Assembly: GCF_044704955.1 (NCBI RefSeq)
Contig: NC_091977.1
Span: 13,020,001-13,084,000, forward strand
Direction of reading: 5' to 3'
DNA length: 64,000 bases
Source of the DNA: Pristiophorus japonicus
Lineage: Eukaryota
The first letter of the stretch is position 1. Every line of letters starts with the position of its first letter. A model generated the notes under the pieces. It did not search any database and was not told the origin of the DNA. It saw only the letters and a program-made list of their open reading frames with translations. This document shows positions 1 through 10,900 of this stretch, in pieces. The position numbers and the translations under genes are program-made.

Positions 1-140
1 GGTGGACGCAGATTCAATAATAACTTTCAAAGGGGAATTGGATAAATACTTGATGGGGAAAAATTTGCAGGGCTGTGGGGAAAGGGCAGAGGGAGTGGAA
101 CTAATTAGATAGCTCTTTCAAAGAGCCGACACAGAGACGA
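1..140 (+). mobile_element. CR1 LINE 3' end fragment
   Basis: ORF2 C-terminal-like text (ttcaaaggggaattggataaatacttg) plus 3'UTR, resembling the other CR1 ends in the window. Confidence 0.7.
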
Positions 141-160
141 TCTGTCCTGTATCAGTCAAT

Positions 161-988
161 GGGCTGGATTTCGCATTTTCTGTTTTCGGGGCAATAATGG
201 TGACGGGGTGGGAAAGTTAGCGGCCGGGAATAACATAAGAACATAAGGAATAGGAGCAGGAGTAGGCCATTTGGCCCCTCGAGCCTGCTCTGCCATTTAA
301 TAAGATCATGGCTGATCTGATCATGGGCTCGGCTCCACTTCCCTGCCCGCTCCCCATAACCCTTTACTCCATTATCGCTCAAAAATCTGTCCATCTCCAC
401 CTTAAATATATTCAATGACCCAGCCTCCACAGCTCTCTGGGACTGGGAATAGTTTGCGCTTTAGTATGTAAATTTGGGCATCGCGACCCTGCGTCAGGTG
501 CTGTTCACCGCTCTTGCTGCAAGGATGGGAAACCCTCGAGCTAAAGAGCCGGGCCGGGAGCACTCCAAGAGCGGCCTGGGTGGTCGGGGGGAAACCGACA
601 AATCCCCACAGGAACATTCCTAAAACATGGCCCACACCACCACCACCGCAACACAAACCGCACAAAAATTTAAAACAGGAAACACCCACACTTACATTTG
701 TAGCACTTTACCTTCCCCACCACCGCTGGCTCGGCTGGACCGCTCTGATTTCCCAGGCCGTTATTGCGGGCGCACTTCGGGGCGGACGGGTCGGCCAAGA
801 CTCAAAACTGGCGCCGGTGTCGCAACCAGGGGCGTTACACACCCAGCGCAACTCTTCCCGGCGATGCTGCTCAGCGCCACCACCAAACCCGACCCGAGGG
901 TCGCGGCAGGGCGTTGGAGACCTCACCGACACCTTTCACGCCGCTCCGGGGCGAAAGCCGGAGCACAAAGGACCGGAAAATCCAGCCC
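161..988. mobile_element. PIF/Harbinger-type MITE (non-autonomous DNA transposon)
   Basis: TIR GGGCTGGATTT (161-171) / AAATCCAGCCC (978-988); 3-bp TSD AAT (158-160, 989-991); no coding capacity; interrupted by a CR1. Confidence 0.75.
233..444 (-). mobile_element. 5'-truncated CR1 inserted in the MITE
   Basis: CR1 tail acataagaacataag; 7-bp TSD GGGAATA at 226-232 and 445-451. Confidence 0.85.
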
Positions 989-999
989 AATGATTCTAT

Positions 1000-1225
1000 A
1001 AGAGCAGGGGAGTTATCCCTGGGGTTTTGGCCAATATTTATCCCTCAACCAGTTAAACTGGCCATTAACTCATGGCTGTTTGTTGGATCTTGCTGTGCAC
1101 AAAATGGCTGCCGCGTTTCCTATATTACAACAGTGACTACACAGCAAAAAGTACTTCATTGGCTGTGAAGCTCTTTGGGACGCCCTGAGGTTGTGAAAGT
1201 TGCTATATAAATGCAAGTCCTTTCT
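1000..1225 (+). mobile_element. Deu-domain SINE (SacSINE1-like), 3' half
   Basis: gctgtttgttggatcttgctgtgcacaaaatggctgcc core and L2-like tail gctatataaatgcaagt. Confidence 0.7.
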
Positions 1226-1484
1226 ACGGTCATTTATCATTTGAAAAGTAAATGTGTTCAGTCTAGACCATCAGGTCTTGCAGTTTTATTGTGATATCTG
1301 TGGCTCTGTATTTGCTGTATTGTAATTGTATATTCATTCTCGGGATGTCGTCATCGCTGGCAAGGATGGCATTTTATTGCTGATCCCTAGTTGCCCTTGA
1401 GATGGTGGCGCTGAGCCTTCTTCTTGAACCGTTGCATCACAAGAGCTTTGTGTACAAGACTAACATACTGCCCCTGTCCCACAG

Positions 1485-1871
1485 GCAGCAGTCAATGGTC
1501 AATGTCAAGTCCACAGAAAGTAACCGGTTGGGAAGGAAAGTCTGTCATCTTGTCCTGCAAGTTCACACATCCCAACACTGACTATAGAGGGAGAATCACA
1601 GTCATCTGGAAGATAGAGAAGTATTATGATGGACCGCCTATTTTTAAATGTATAACTGTCGACCAACGCCAGAACTGCATAAATCAGAATGTGACTGATC
1701 CAACTGGAGAGAATCGCTATCCACTGACAGGAGACCCAAGTAAAAATGATGCTTCAATAATGATCCAAAAACTTGTGAAAAATGATAAGAATCAAAATCT
1801 CTGCGGTGTGGAGCTTGATTTGCCCAGACAAGGGTTTGAACATAAACCTGGAACATGTCTACAGGTAATAG
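1485..1871 (+). CDS. Exon: Ig V-set domain 1 of a Siglec-15-like receptor
   Basis: Branch point ACTAAC, acceptor CAG at 1482-1484, donor GTAAGG at 1872; 387 nt, phase 1-1, open. WSMSSPQKV..ILSCKFTHP..DY.G.IT.IWK...Y.GP.IFKC..NC..RY.LTGDPSKNDASI..LCGVEL parallels the Siglec-15 V domain (WSM..VLPCTFTHP..Y.GPLTAIWR..GPQVFRC..GNP..ND.SL..YFCRVEF). Confidence 0.88.
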
Positions 1872-1914
1872 GTAAGGACTTGCCTGTAACTGAACTTCAA
1901 TTCCAAACTGCGTG

Positions 1915-2008
1915 CTGATGAATGGTCATGGACCTGAAACATTAACTCTGTTTCACTCTCTGCAGATGCTCCCTGACCAGCTGAGTGCATTTTCTGTTTT
2001 CATTTCAC
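1915..2008 (+). mobile_element. Penelope-like terminal fragment with degenerate hammerhead core
   Basis: CTGATGA-atggtcatggacct-GAAAC-attaactctg, same sequence as 27549-27610. Confidence 0.7.
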
Positions 2009-2229
2009 TACTAAACTTCTAAACCCCAGTCTGAGACAGAGTGGAACAGGCGTCCAAAACTGAAATTGGGTTAAGGAGAGTGTTTTCTTAATGTCTAATA
2101 CTGGAGGAAGGGTTACAGTCATTCCGCAAGGCCACAATCTACGAACTTGGAGCCTATGAATATTGATTAGATCCTTCTGTTGTTTATGTCGTTAAAATAG
2201 GGGTGAAATCAAAAAGGAAATTAGAAAAG

Positions 2230-2652
2230 CAAGTGGAGGACTGGTGTGGTTTTCTTTGGAGCAGAGGAGGCGGAGGGGAGATTGGATTGAGGCGTATAAA
2301 ATGATGAGGGGCCTAGAAAGAGAGCGTAGGGAAAGGACCCATTTCATTCGCAGAGAGGACATTATCCACGGGCATAGATTTAAAGTAATTGATAGGAAGC
2401 TTAGAGGGGAGTTGAGGAGAACATTTTTCACCCAGAGGGTGGTGGGGGTCTGGAACTCAGTGCGTGAAAGGGTGCTAGAGGCAGAAACCCTCATCACATT
2501 TAATAAGCACTTGGATATGCACTTGAAGCACCGTAACCTACAGGGCTACGGACCAAGAGCTAGAAAGAGGGATTAGGTTGGATAGCACTTTTCGGCCGAC
2601 ACAGAAACGATGGGCCGAATAGCCATCTGTGCTGTAAATTTCTATGATTCTG
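2230..2652 (+). mobile_element. CR1 LINE 3' fragment
   Basis: FSLEQRRRRGDWIEAYKMMRG..RRTFFTQRVVGVWN; tail ttctatgattctgtg. Confidence 0.85.
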
Positions 2653-2809
2653 TGTTAGTTTGTCTAATTTACAATTTTTGATTGCTTATATTTCAGTGCA
2701 GGAGTTTTGTTGATTTAAAGTCCATCTTGGGGAACACTACATGCTCTGTGGAAGCAGAAGGGAGGGGCGGTGAGCTGATTTGAGTTGTTCTCATTGTGTG
2801 AGCTGTGGG

Positions 2810-3235
2810 TCTGTGGGTATCTCTCTCGCATCTGAGTCAGAAGGCTGTGGGTTCAGGTCCTGCTCCAGAGACTTGAAGTGCAAGATCTAGGCTCAGTGCA
2901 GTACTGAGGGAGTGCTGCAGAATCGGAGGGGATGTTATTTGGATGTGATGTTAAACTGAGGCCCCGTCTGCCCTCTCAGGTGAATGTAGAAGATTCTGTT
3001 GCACTATTTTGAAGAAGAACAGGGGAGCTCTGGTTCAATATTTACCCCTTAACCAACATCACAAAAAACAGATGATCTGGTCATTATCACATTGCTGTTG
3101 TGGGAGCTTGCTGTGCGCAAATTGGCTGCCGTGTTTCCTACACTACACCTCAAAAAGTACTTGATTGGCTGTGAAGCTCTTTGGGATGACCTGAGGTTGT
3201 GGAATGCGCTGTAGAAATAGGTCCTCTTTCTTTCT
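2810..3235 (+). mobile_element. Near full-length Deu-domain SINE (SacSINE1-like)
   Basis: tRNA-like head (ctgagtcagaaggctgtgggttcaggtcc), Deu core, L2-like tail. Further copies at about 4730-4925(-), 6785-7295, 30380-30535, 35720-36190, 36375-36530, 47085-47215(-), 55290-55455. Confidence 0.75.
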
Positions 3236-3298
3236 TTACACTTTATGCTCCAATACAATCCAGGGAGGATCTGAGCTTTTATCCATTCCCTCTTCCAG

Positions 3299-3655
3299 GA
3301 GCTGATCCAAGCAGTAGGTCAGTGAATGAGACTGAAGGAGGTTCGGTCACATTGCCCTGCTCCTTCACCCTGGAGCCTGAAGATCTCAGGAACATCGCTG
3401 TGATCTGGATGATAGGGAGCCCGTACGAGCAGGAGGGGTACGTCATCTTTAACCAGTCTTCAAAACTAAACGTCATGACTGCGAATGATCGATTTGAACT
3501 GAGTGGGCATCTGATGAGTGGAAACGCCTCCCTCAGGATCAGAAACCTGAGGGTGACCGACACCAGTACGTACTTCTGTCACGTTGAGTGCAGTCATCGT
3601 ACTCCAGAAAGTGAGATCTGTGCGACACAAGATGAGATATATCTACAAGTATTTG
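3299..3655 (+). CDS. Exon: Ig V-set domain 2
   Basis: Pyrimidine tract and CAG acceptor 3296-3298, donor GTAAGC at 3656; 357 nt, phase 1-1. V-set motifs EGGSVTLPCSF, VIW, RFELSG, NASLRIRNLRVTDTSTYFC. Confidence 0.9.
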
Positions 3656-3727
3656 GTAAGCAAACGTCTGTTTTACCAGCAAAAATGTTCACAGACCCTT
3701 CGAACAGCAATCAGAATAGCTGAGCCA

Positions 3728-4120
3728 TACAACAACAACTTGCATTTATATAGCGCCTTTTCAACGTAGTAAAATGTTCCAAAGCACTTCACAGGAGCAT
3801 TATAAGACAAAAATTTGTTACAGAAGAAGATATTAGCACAGGTGACCAAAAGCTTGGTCAAATGGTAGGATTTAAGGAGCATCTTGAAGGAGGAGAGAGA
3901 AGTGGAGAGGCGGAGAGGTTAAGGGAGGGAATTCCAGAGCTTGGGGCCCACACAACTGAAGGCACAGCCACCAATGGTAGGGCAATGGAAATCAACGTAT
4001 GCACAAGAGGCCAGAATTGGAGGAACGCAGAGATCTCGGACAGTTGTAGGGCTGCAGGAGGTTACAGAGATAGGGAGGGGTGAGGCCATGGAGAGATTTG
4101 AAACCAGACTAAGAAGGTTG
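3728..4120 (-). mobile_element. L2 LINE 3' fragment
   Basis: aacaacttgcatttatatagcgcc tail followed by the L2 3' region, same family as 23444-24030 and 49840-50320. Confidence 0.7.
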
Positions 4121-5279
4121 CTTCTCTGAGTTAGCTGATCACAGCCTGGGCAATATGATTAACCTCAGTCTGACTTGAGTTAAAGCAGGGGGGGGGGGAA
4201 ATCTATCAGGGTGTTGGTCCTTAAATAACAGCCTCTGCTGAAAATGTGTGTGTGTGTGTGTGAGGAGAAAATTGGTCACTGTTTGAAGATTACACATGAA
4301 TCATGGTCACTTGTGTGAGGGAATGGAAGGCAATGGACAGCCAGGAATGCCTATCTCAAGAAGACGTCAACAGTTTTCAGGAAGGGAAGGGGTATTTGTG
4401 AGAAATTAAATAAAAAGATAAAAGTGCTCACTATATGTGTCAGATGTTCAGTGACGATCCAGGAAATAAGCCATTTGGCCTGCCCTAGCTTATTTCCCTT
4501 GTACTTTAACTCTCCCAGCCCAGTAGCCAACTGCATTTTGAATGCCTCTGATGTTCGTGTCTCTGTCACTTTAGCCAGCAGATTATTCCAAAGATTTGCC
4601 ACCATTTGAGTTAATGAAAGTTATTCTAATATCTTATAAATGTCACTAATTTAAATTTATAGCCTCTGGTTGTAATGTCCTGACTTTTTTTGAAGCAAGA
4701 CTTCCCCTCTGCATTATGTGTACTTTTAGAGTGTAGTTACTGTTGTAGTGTTGAGAAACACAGCAGCCAATTTGCGCACAGCAAGCTCCCACAAACAGCC
4801 ATGTGATAATGGGACCAGATAATCTGTTTTAGTGATGTTGTTTGAGGGATAAATATTGGCCAGGACACAAGGGAGTGCTTCCCTGCTCTTCTTCAAAATT
4901 GTGCTGTGGGATCTTTTACATCAGGTGAACACCCAACTAAGCTTGCTTTGTCATGTTAAAAATGTCCTGGGAATGGTTATGTTTCAACCAACATCAAACA
5001 TGTGATCATTACCTCATTTTGATGTACGCAATTAAGATGCTGCATTTCCTACATCGCAACAGTGACTTTCGTCAAAAGTCCTTCATTGGCTGTAAAGCGC
5101 GATAGGTTGTCTTGAGGTCGTGAAAGGCGTTAAATAAATGCAAAGTTTGTTTAACTTTCGTCAATGGATGTGTACAGATTGGTGGGGTGTGGGTAGTGAT
5201 GTGTCCCAGGGAGCAGTGCTGAGACAATATTGTTTTGTTTTCCATTTGTTTCCGACACAATATCTTCTCCAGAACAACG

Positions 5280-5880
5280 ACCGCCTACTTCCACCTCTAT
5301 GACTTTGTCTATCTCTGCCCCTCCCTCAGCCCATCCACTGCTCAAACTCTCATCCATCTCTGCCCCTCCCTCAGCCCATCCACTGCTCAAACTCTCATCC
5401 ATCTCTGCCCCTCCCTCAGACCATCTGCTGCTCAAACTCTCATCCATCTCTGCCCCTCCCTCAGCCCATCCACTGCTCAAACTCTCATCCATCTCTGCCC
5501 CTCCCTCAGCCCATCCACTGCTCAAACTCTCATCCATCTCTGCCCCTCCCTCAGCCCATCCGCTGCTCAAACTCTCATCCATCTCTGCCCCTCCCTCAGC
5601 CCATCCGCTGCTCAAACTCTCATCCATCTCTGCCCCTCCCTCAGACCATCCGCTGCTCAAACTCTCATCCATCTCTGCCCCTCCCTCAGCCCATCCGCTG
5701 CTGAAACTCTCATCCATGCCTTTTGTTACCTCCAAACTCGACGAGTCCAATGCTCCCCTGGCCAAACTCCCATCCTTCACTCCCCATAAACTGGAACTCA
5801 TCCGAAACTCGGCTGCCCATGTCCTAACTGGCACCAAGTCCCGTTTACCCATCACACCTGTGCTCGCTGACCTACACTGG
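5280..5880 (+). mobile_element. L2 ORF2 fragment carrying a tandem expansion
   Basis: TAYFHL..LSPSAAETLIHAF / VTSKLDESNA..LELIRNSAAHVLT..PITPVLADLHW. Confidence 0.8.
5307..5717. repeat. 45-bp minisatellite, 9 units
   Basis: (tccatctctgcccctccctcagcccatccactgctcaaactctca)n. Confidence 0.95.
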
Positions 5881-6622
5881 AGGCGGTGTTGCTTCTTGTC
5901 GTCAATGCCTGCCACAATGGAAGGAAGCAAACGGTAAGATTCTTAGAATGTCAGTGGTGCCTCAGTGGTCAACAGTGAGTGTTACCAACTGAGCCACTGG
6001 CTGTGACATTACAGCAATGAAGAATTTGCATAAGACGTTGGTTACACCAAGTTGGAATATCGTGTGCAATTCTGGACACCCCATTAAAGGAAGGATATCG
6101 GGGCCATGGAAAGGGTTTGACAAAGGTTCTGTAGAATGAGACTGGAACAACGAAGGCTTTAAACCAATGGAGTTTTTCTCACAGGAATGGCGAAGATTAA
6201 GTGGGAACGTAATCGAGCTTTTCAGAAATGCTTTGAAAGGTTATGTTGCTCGATTGGCGAATTGGTTAAAAAGGGCATAGACTGCGGTTCATGATGAGAA
6301 GAATGAAGGGGGAATTCGAGGCGGGTTATTGGAACATGGAATGCTTTACCACAAGTGGCCACTGAGGCAGAGACTATACTGTCACTTAGAAGGGAATTGG
6401 ATAAATATTTATAAAGGAACAATATAAAAGGATAAGTGGAAAGGGCAGGGAAATAGGGGTAGAGAAGGCTCCAGTTGAAGAGCTAGCATGGGTGCAATGG
6501 ACTGAATGGCCTCCTTGTGTGCTGTGAATGCTATGACTATGGCAAGACACGGAGGAGATAGCTCCTGAAGAGCAGTCGGTGTGCAGTGACTGAGAAAGCT
6601 TATTGCACCCTCTGTTTTACAG

Positions 6623-6733
6623 CGTCCCAGCCGGTTAGCCCAACATGGCTGACAGTCATCCTTCTTCTGTTGGCCCTGATGATCCTGATTGCCATCGCCT
6701 GCTTCATCTGGAGAAGCAAAGGATTTTGTACAG
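6623..6733 (+). CDS. Exon: stalk, transmembrane helix and stop-transfer
   Basis: Acceptor ttttacAG 6621-6622, donor GTACCG at 6734; 111 nt, phase 1-1; (A)SQPVSPTWLTVILLLLALMILIAIACFIWRSKGFCT, in frame with the V2 exon. Confidence 0.85.
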
Positions 6734-7470
6734 GTACCGACTAACGTTCATTCACATTCCTAGTGACCCTGACTCTTCCGGTGTCACCCGTGGCTAAGGT
6801 CGGCAACACTCTTGCCTCTGAGTCAGAAGGTCGTGGGTTCAAGACACACCGTGGCTGCAGACGTCACCAGCTCGCGGCAGAGTGGCACAGAGCCTGCTGC
6901 TTCAAAGCTCCCTCCAACTCCAGAGAATTGAGCACAAAATCCAGGCTGGCACTGCGGGAGTGCTCAACTGCCAAGGTGCCATCTTTCAGATGAGACATTA
7001 AACCGGGGTCCTGTCTGCTCTCTCGGGTGAATGTAAAAAATCTCATGCCACTTTTCAAAGACGTTCTTCCCAGGGTACTGACCAATATTTCTGTCTCAAC
7101 CAAGATCACTAAAAAACATATTTATCTGGTCATTTATCACAATGCTGTTTGTGGGATGTTGCTGTGCATACATTGGCTGCCATGTTTCCTACATTACAAC
7201 AGTGGCTACGCTTCAATAGTACTTCAATGGCTGTGAAGCCCTCTGGGACGTCGCGAGGTGGGAAAGGGGCTACATTAATGCAATGTTGTTGTTTCTTTCT
7301 CAGTCAGACTTATATTCACCTGTTGAGTGTTGCTAGATTTTCCAGTGTTGCTGTTGCCCTCGGGTGCTGAGGATCACCTGATGAGGAGGATACGGAGGGA
7401 AAGTGGGGAAGTTCTGTGACCACCGTGTGATTATACCCTGTCCGGTTTTCCTCTCTGCGTTTTGCTCCAG

Positions 7471-7514
7471 GCCATCCTTCATGGACAATGAAGAGTATCT
7501 GTCCTGGAATCTGA
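7471..7514 (+). CDS. Candidate terminal exon (short cytoplasmic tail)
   Basis: Strong acceptor ttttcctctctgcgttttgctccAG at 7469-7470; a phase-1 join gives (G)HPSWTMKSICPGI-stop. Confidence 0.5.
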
Positions 7515-7930
7515 GACAGACAAAGGCAGAGAAAGATATTCACTGAGACAGTGAGACCAAGGCCTGAAATGAGACTGTGGGATAAGGCCATATAAAGGTG
7601 GAATTTGTTCCTTCCCTTGTCTCCTTTTAGTGGAGCCATTGACCCTTTAAATGACAGCCATTTAACATCTTCACTGAAATAGTTAACGTTACTCTTTCAG
7701 ATGCCTCTATCTCTCAGCATAATTTAAGGTCAGAGAGAGAGAGAGATAAATGTAGATTATGAAAGGCAGAGAAATAGAGCTCACGAGACTGATGCAGAAT
7801 GTACAACAGACTTGGTGAGAGTGAGAAATGTACAGATTGTGAGAGCATGTGACTTGGTGAGAGTCTCTCCACATCTGCTCCTATTATCAGCACGAGCAGG
7901 CTGAAGAAATCTGTTCCCACATATTCTAAC

Positions 7931-10900
7931 TTTTATATATGTGGACTTGTATTTACTCTGTACAGCCACCAGAGGGATCATTCCCCGGAGTCCCAAGGGA
8001 CCCCATAATTTCTTGGGAGCACAGGTATTTAAGGAGGCTTCACAGGTTGGAGAGGCACTCTGGAGACCTGCAATAAAAGACTACGGTCACACTTTACATT
8101 GAGATCACAGTGTTCAGTCTGACTCTTTCTCCATACATAACAACAGGCGACGAGATACAGATAGCGAACCCAAAGATGCAGAGAACAGTGGGCATCCTGG
8201 AGAAATTTTCGGAGGGAGATGATTGGGAAACTTTTGTGGAGCGACTCGACCAATACTTCGTGGCCAACGAGCTAGATGGGGAAGGGAACGCTGCCAAACG
8301 AAGGGCGATCCTCCTCACTGTCTGTGGGGCACTAACGTATGGCCTCATGAAGAATCTGCTCACTCCAGCGAAACCCACGGAGAAATCATATGACGATTTG
8401 TGCACAGTGGTCCGGGAGCATTTGAATCCGAAGGAAAGCGTTCTGATGGTGAGGTACCGGTTCTACACATACAAAAGGACTGAAGGTCAGGAAGTGGCGA
8501 GTTATGTCGAAGAGCTAAGATGCCTTGCAGGACATTGCGACTTTGAAGGACATTTGGAGCACATGCTCAGAGACTTTTTCGTACTTGGCATCGGCCACGA
8601 AACCATACTTCGCAAATTTTTGACTGTAGAGACCTTGAGTAAGGCCATAGCGATAGCCCAGGCATTCATTGCCACCAGTGACAATACGAAGCAAATCTCT
8701 CAGCACACAAGTGCTGCTACAAGTACTGTGAACAAAGTGGTGTTGTTTTCGAATCGTAACGTACAGGGCAGGTCATACATACCTGCAGCTACACGTCCGC
8801 AGATGTCTCAGAGTCCACCATCAAGGGTGATGACTGCAAGGCCATTAACACCTTGTTGGCGCTGCGGGGGTGATCATCGTTTCCATTCATGCCGTTTCAA
8901 AGGATACATTTGCAAGGGCTGTGGAACAATGGGACACCTCCAACGCATGTGCAGGCGAGCTGCTAAGCCTGCTAAACCTGCAAACCACCATGTTGCAGAG
9001 GAGGAGAGATCCATGGAGGATCACGACGAACCAGAGCCTCAGATCGAGGAGGCAGAGGTACATGGGGTGCACACATTCACCACGAATTGTCCCCTGATAA
9101 TGCTGAATGTTGAACTAAATGGACTCCCAGTGTCAATGGAGCTGGACACGGGCGCGAGCCAGTCCATCATGGGCAAAAAGACTTTCGAAAGGTTGTGGTG
9201 CAACAAGGCCTCAAGGCCAGTCTTAACTCCAGTTCGCACGAAACTAAGAACTTACACAAAAGAACTGATTCCTGTAATCAGCAGTGCTACCGTAAACGTT
9301 TCCGAGAATGGAGTGTTGCACAAGCTACCACTCTGGGTGGTGTCGGGCGATGGTCCCACGCTGCTCGGCAGGAGCTGGGCGATAGCTGGAACTGGGACGA
9401 CATCTGAGCACTATCGCCCGCTGACAACACTTCATGTGCCCAGGTCTTAAACAAATTTCCTTCGCTGTTCGAACCAGGCATCAGGAAGTTCCAAAGAGCA
9501 AAAGTGCAGATCCACCTAATTCCGGGGGCGCGACCCATCCATCACAAGGCGAGAGCAGTACCATACATGATGAGAGAAAGGGTAGAGATCGAGCTAGACC
9601 GGCTACAAAGAGAGGGCATCATCTTACCAATCGAGTTCAGTGAGTGGGCCAGTCCTATTGTCCCAGTCCTCAAGGGAGACGGTACCTTCAGAATCTGTGG
9701 CGATTACAAAGTAACTATCAATCGTTTTTCCCTGCAGGACCAATACCCACTACCAAAAGCCAATGATCTCTTTGCAACGCTGGCGGGAGGAACGACGTTC
9801 ACGAAGCTGGATCTGACTTCGGCCTACATGACACAGGAACTGGAGGAATCATCGAAGGCCCTCACCTTCATCAACACACACAATGGTCTTTTTGATTATA
9901 ACAGATGCCCGTTTGGAATCCGATCAGCGGCGGCGATATTCCAGAGAAACATGGAGAGTTTACTGAAGTCGGTCCCACACACCGTTGTCTTCCAGGACGA
10001 CATCTTGGTCACAGGTCGGAACACAGTCAAGCATCTGCAGAACCTGGAGGAAGTTCTTAGTCGACTCAACCGCGTGGGGCTCAGGTTAAAACGCACAAAG
10101 TGCATTTTTCTGGCGCCTGAAGTGGAGTTCCTGGGAAGGAGGATTGCGGCGGACGGCATCAGGTCCACCAACGCGAAGACGGAGGCAATTGAGAACGCAC
10201 CGAGGCCACAGAACGTGATGGAGCTACAGTCGTTTCTGGGACTCCTGAACTACTTTGGTAACTTCTTACCGGGTCTCAGCACACTGCTAGAACCACTACA
10301 TGTCTTACGATGAAAAGGGGACAAATGGGTTTGGGGTAAAAGTCAAGAAAATGCCTTTGTAAAAGCGAGAAAATTGTTATGCTCAAACAAATTGCTTGTG
10401 TTGTATGATCCATGTAAGCATTTTGTACTAGCTTGTGATGCGTCGTCATATGGTGTCGGGTGTGTATTGCAACAAGCTAATGACTTTGAGAAACTGCAAC
10501 CGGTTGCTTATTCATCCAGGAGTCTGTCTAAGGCCGAGAGAGCCTACAGCATGATTGAAAAAGAAGCATTAGCGTGTGTCTATGGGGTAAAGAAAATGCA
10601 TCAATACCCGTTTGGGCTAAAATTCGAATTGGGAACTGACCATAAGCCACTTATATCCATGTTTTCCGAGAGTAAAGAGATAAATACCAAAGCATCGGCC
10701 CGCATCCAGAGATGGACGCTCACATTGTCCGCATACAACTACGCCATCCGCCACAGGCCAGGTACAGAAAACTGCGCCGATTCTCTCAGTAGGCTGCCAT
10801 TGCCCACCACGGGGTGGAAATGGCGCAGCCCGCAGATCTAGTCATGGTTATGGAAGCATTTGAGAGTGAGCAATCAGCCGTCACTGCCCGGCAGATCAAA

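Noticed and set aside
514-1168. Overlapping GC-rich ORFs / CpG-island-like stretch
   Set aside because: It lies mostly within the TIR-bounded MITE and shows no protein motifs.
2810-2870. tRNA-like sequence
   Set aside because: It is the head of a SINE with no complete cloverleaf.
5151-5937. 235-259 aa repetitive ORFs on both strands
   Set aside because: They come from a 45-bp VNTR inside an L2 fragment.
1485-6733. Assigning the symbol SIGLEC15, or calling rearranging Ig/TCR V segments
   Set aside because: No C2 domain, essential Arg or TM Lys; the exons include the G strand and end in splice donors, with no recombination signal sequences.
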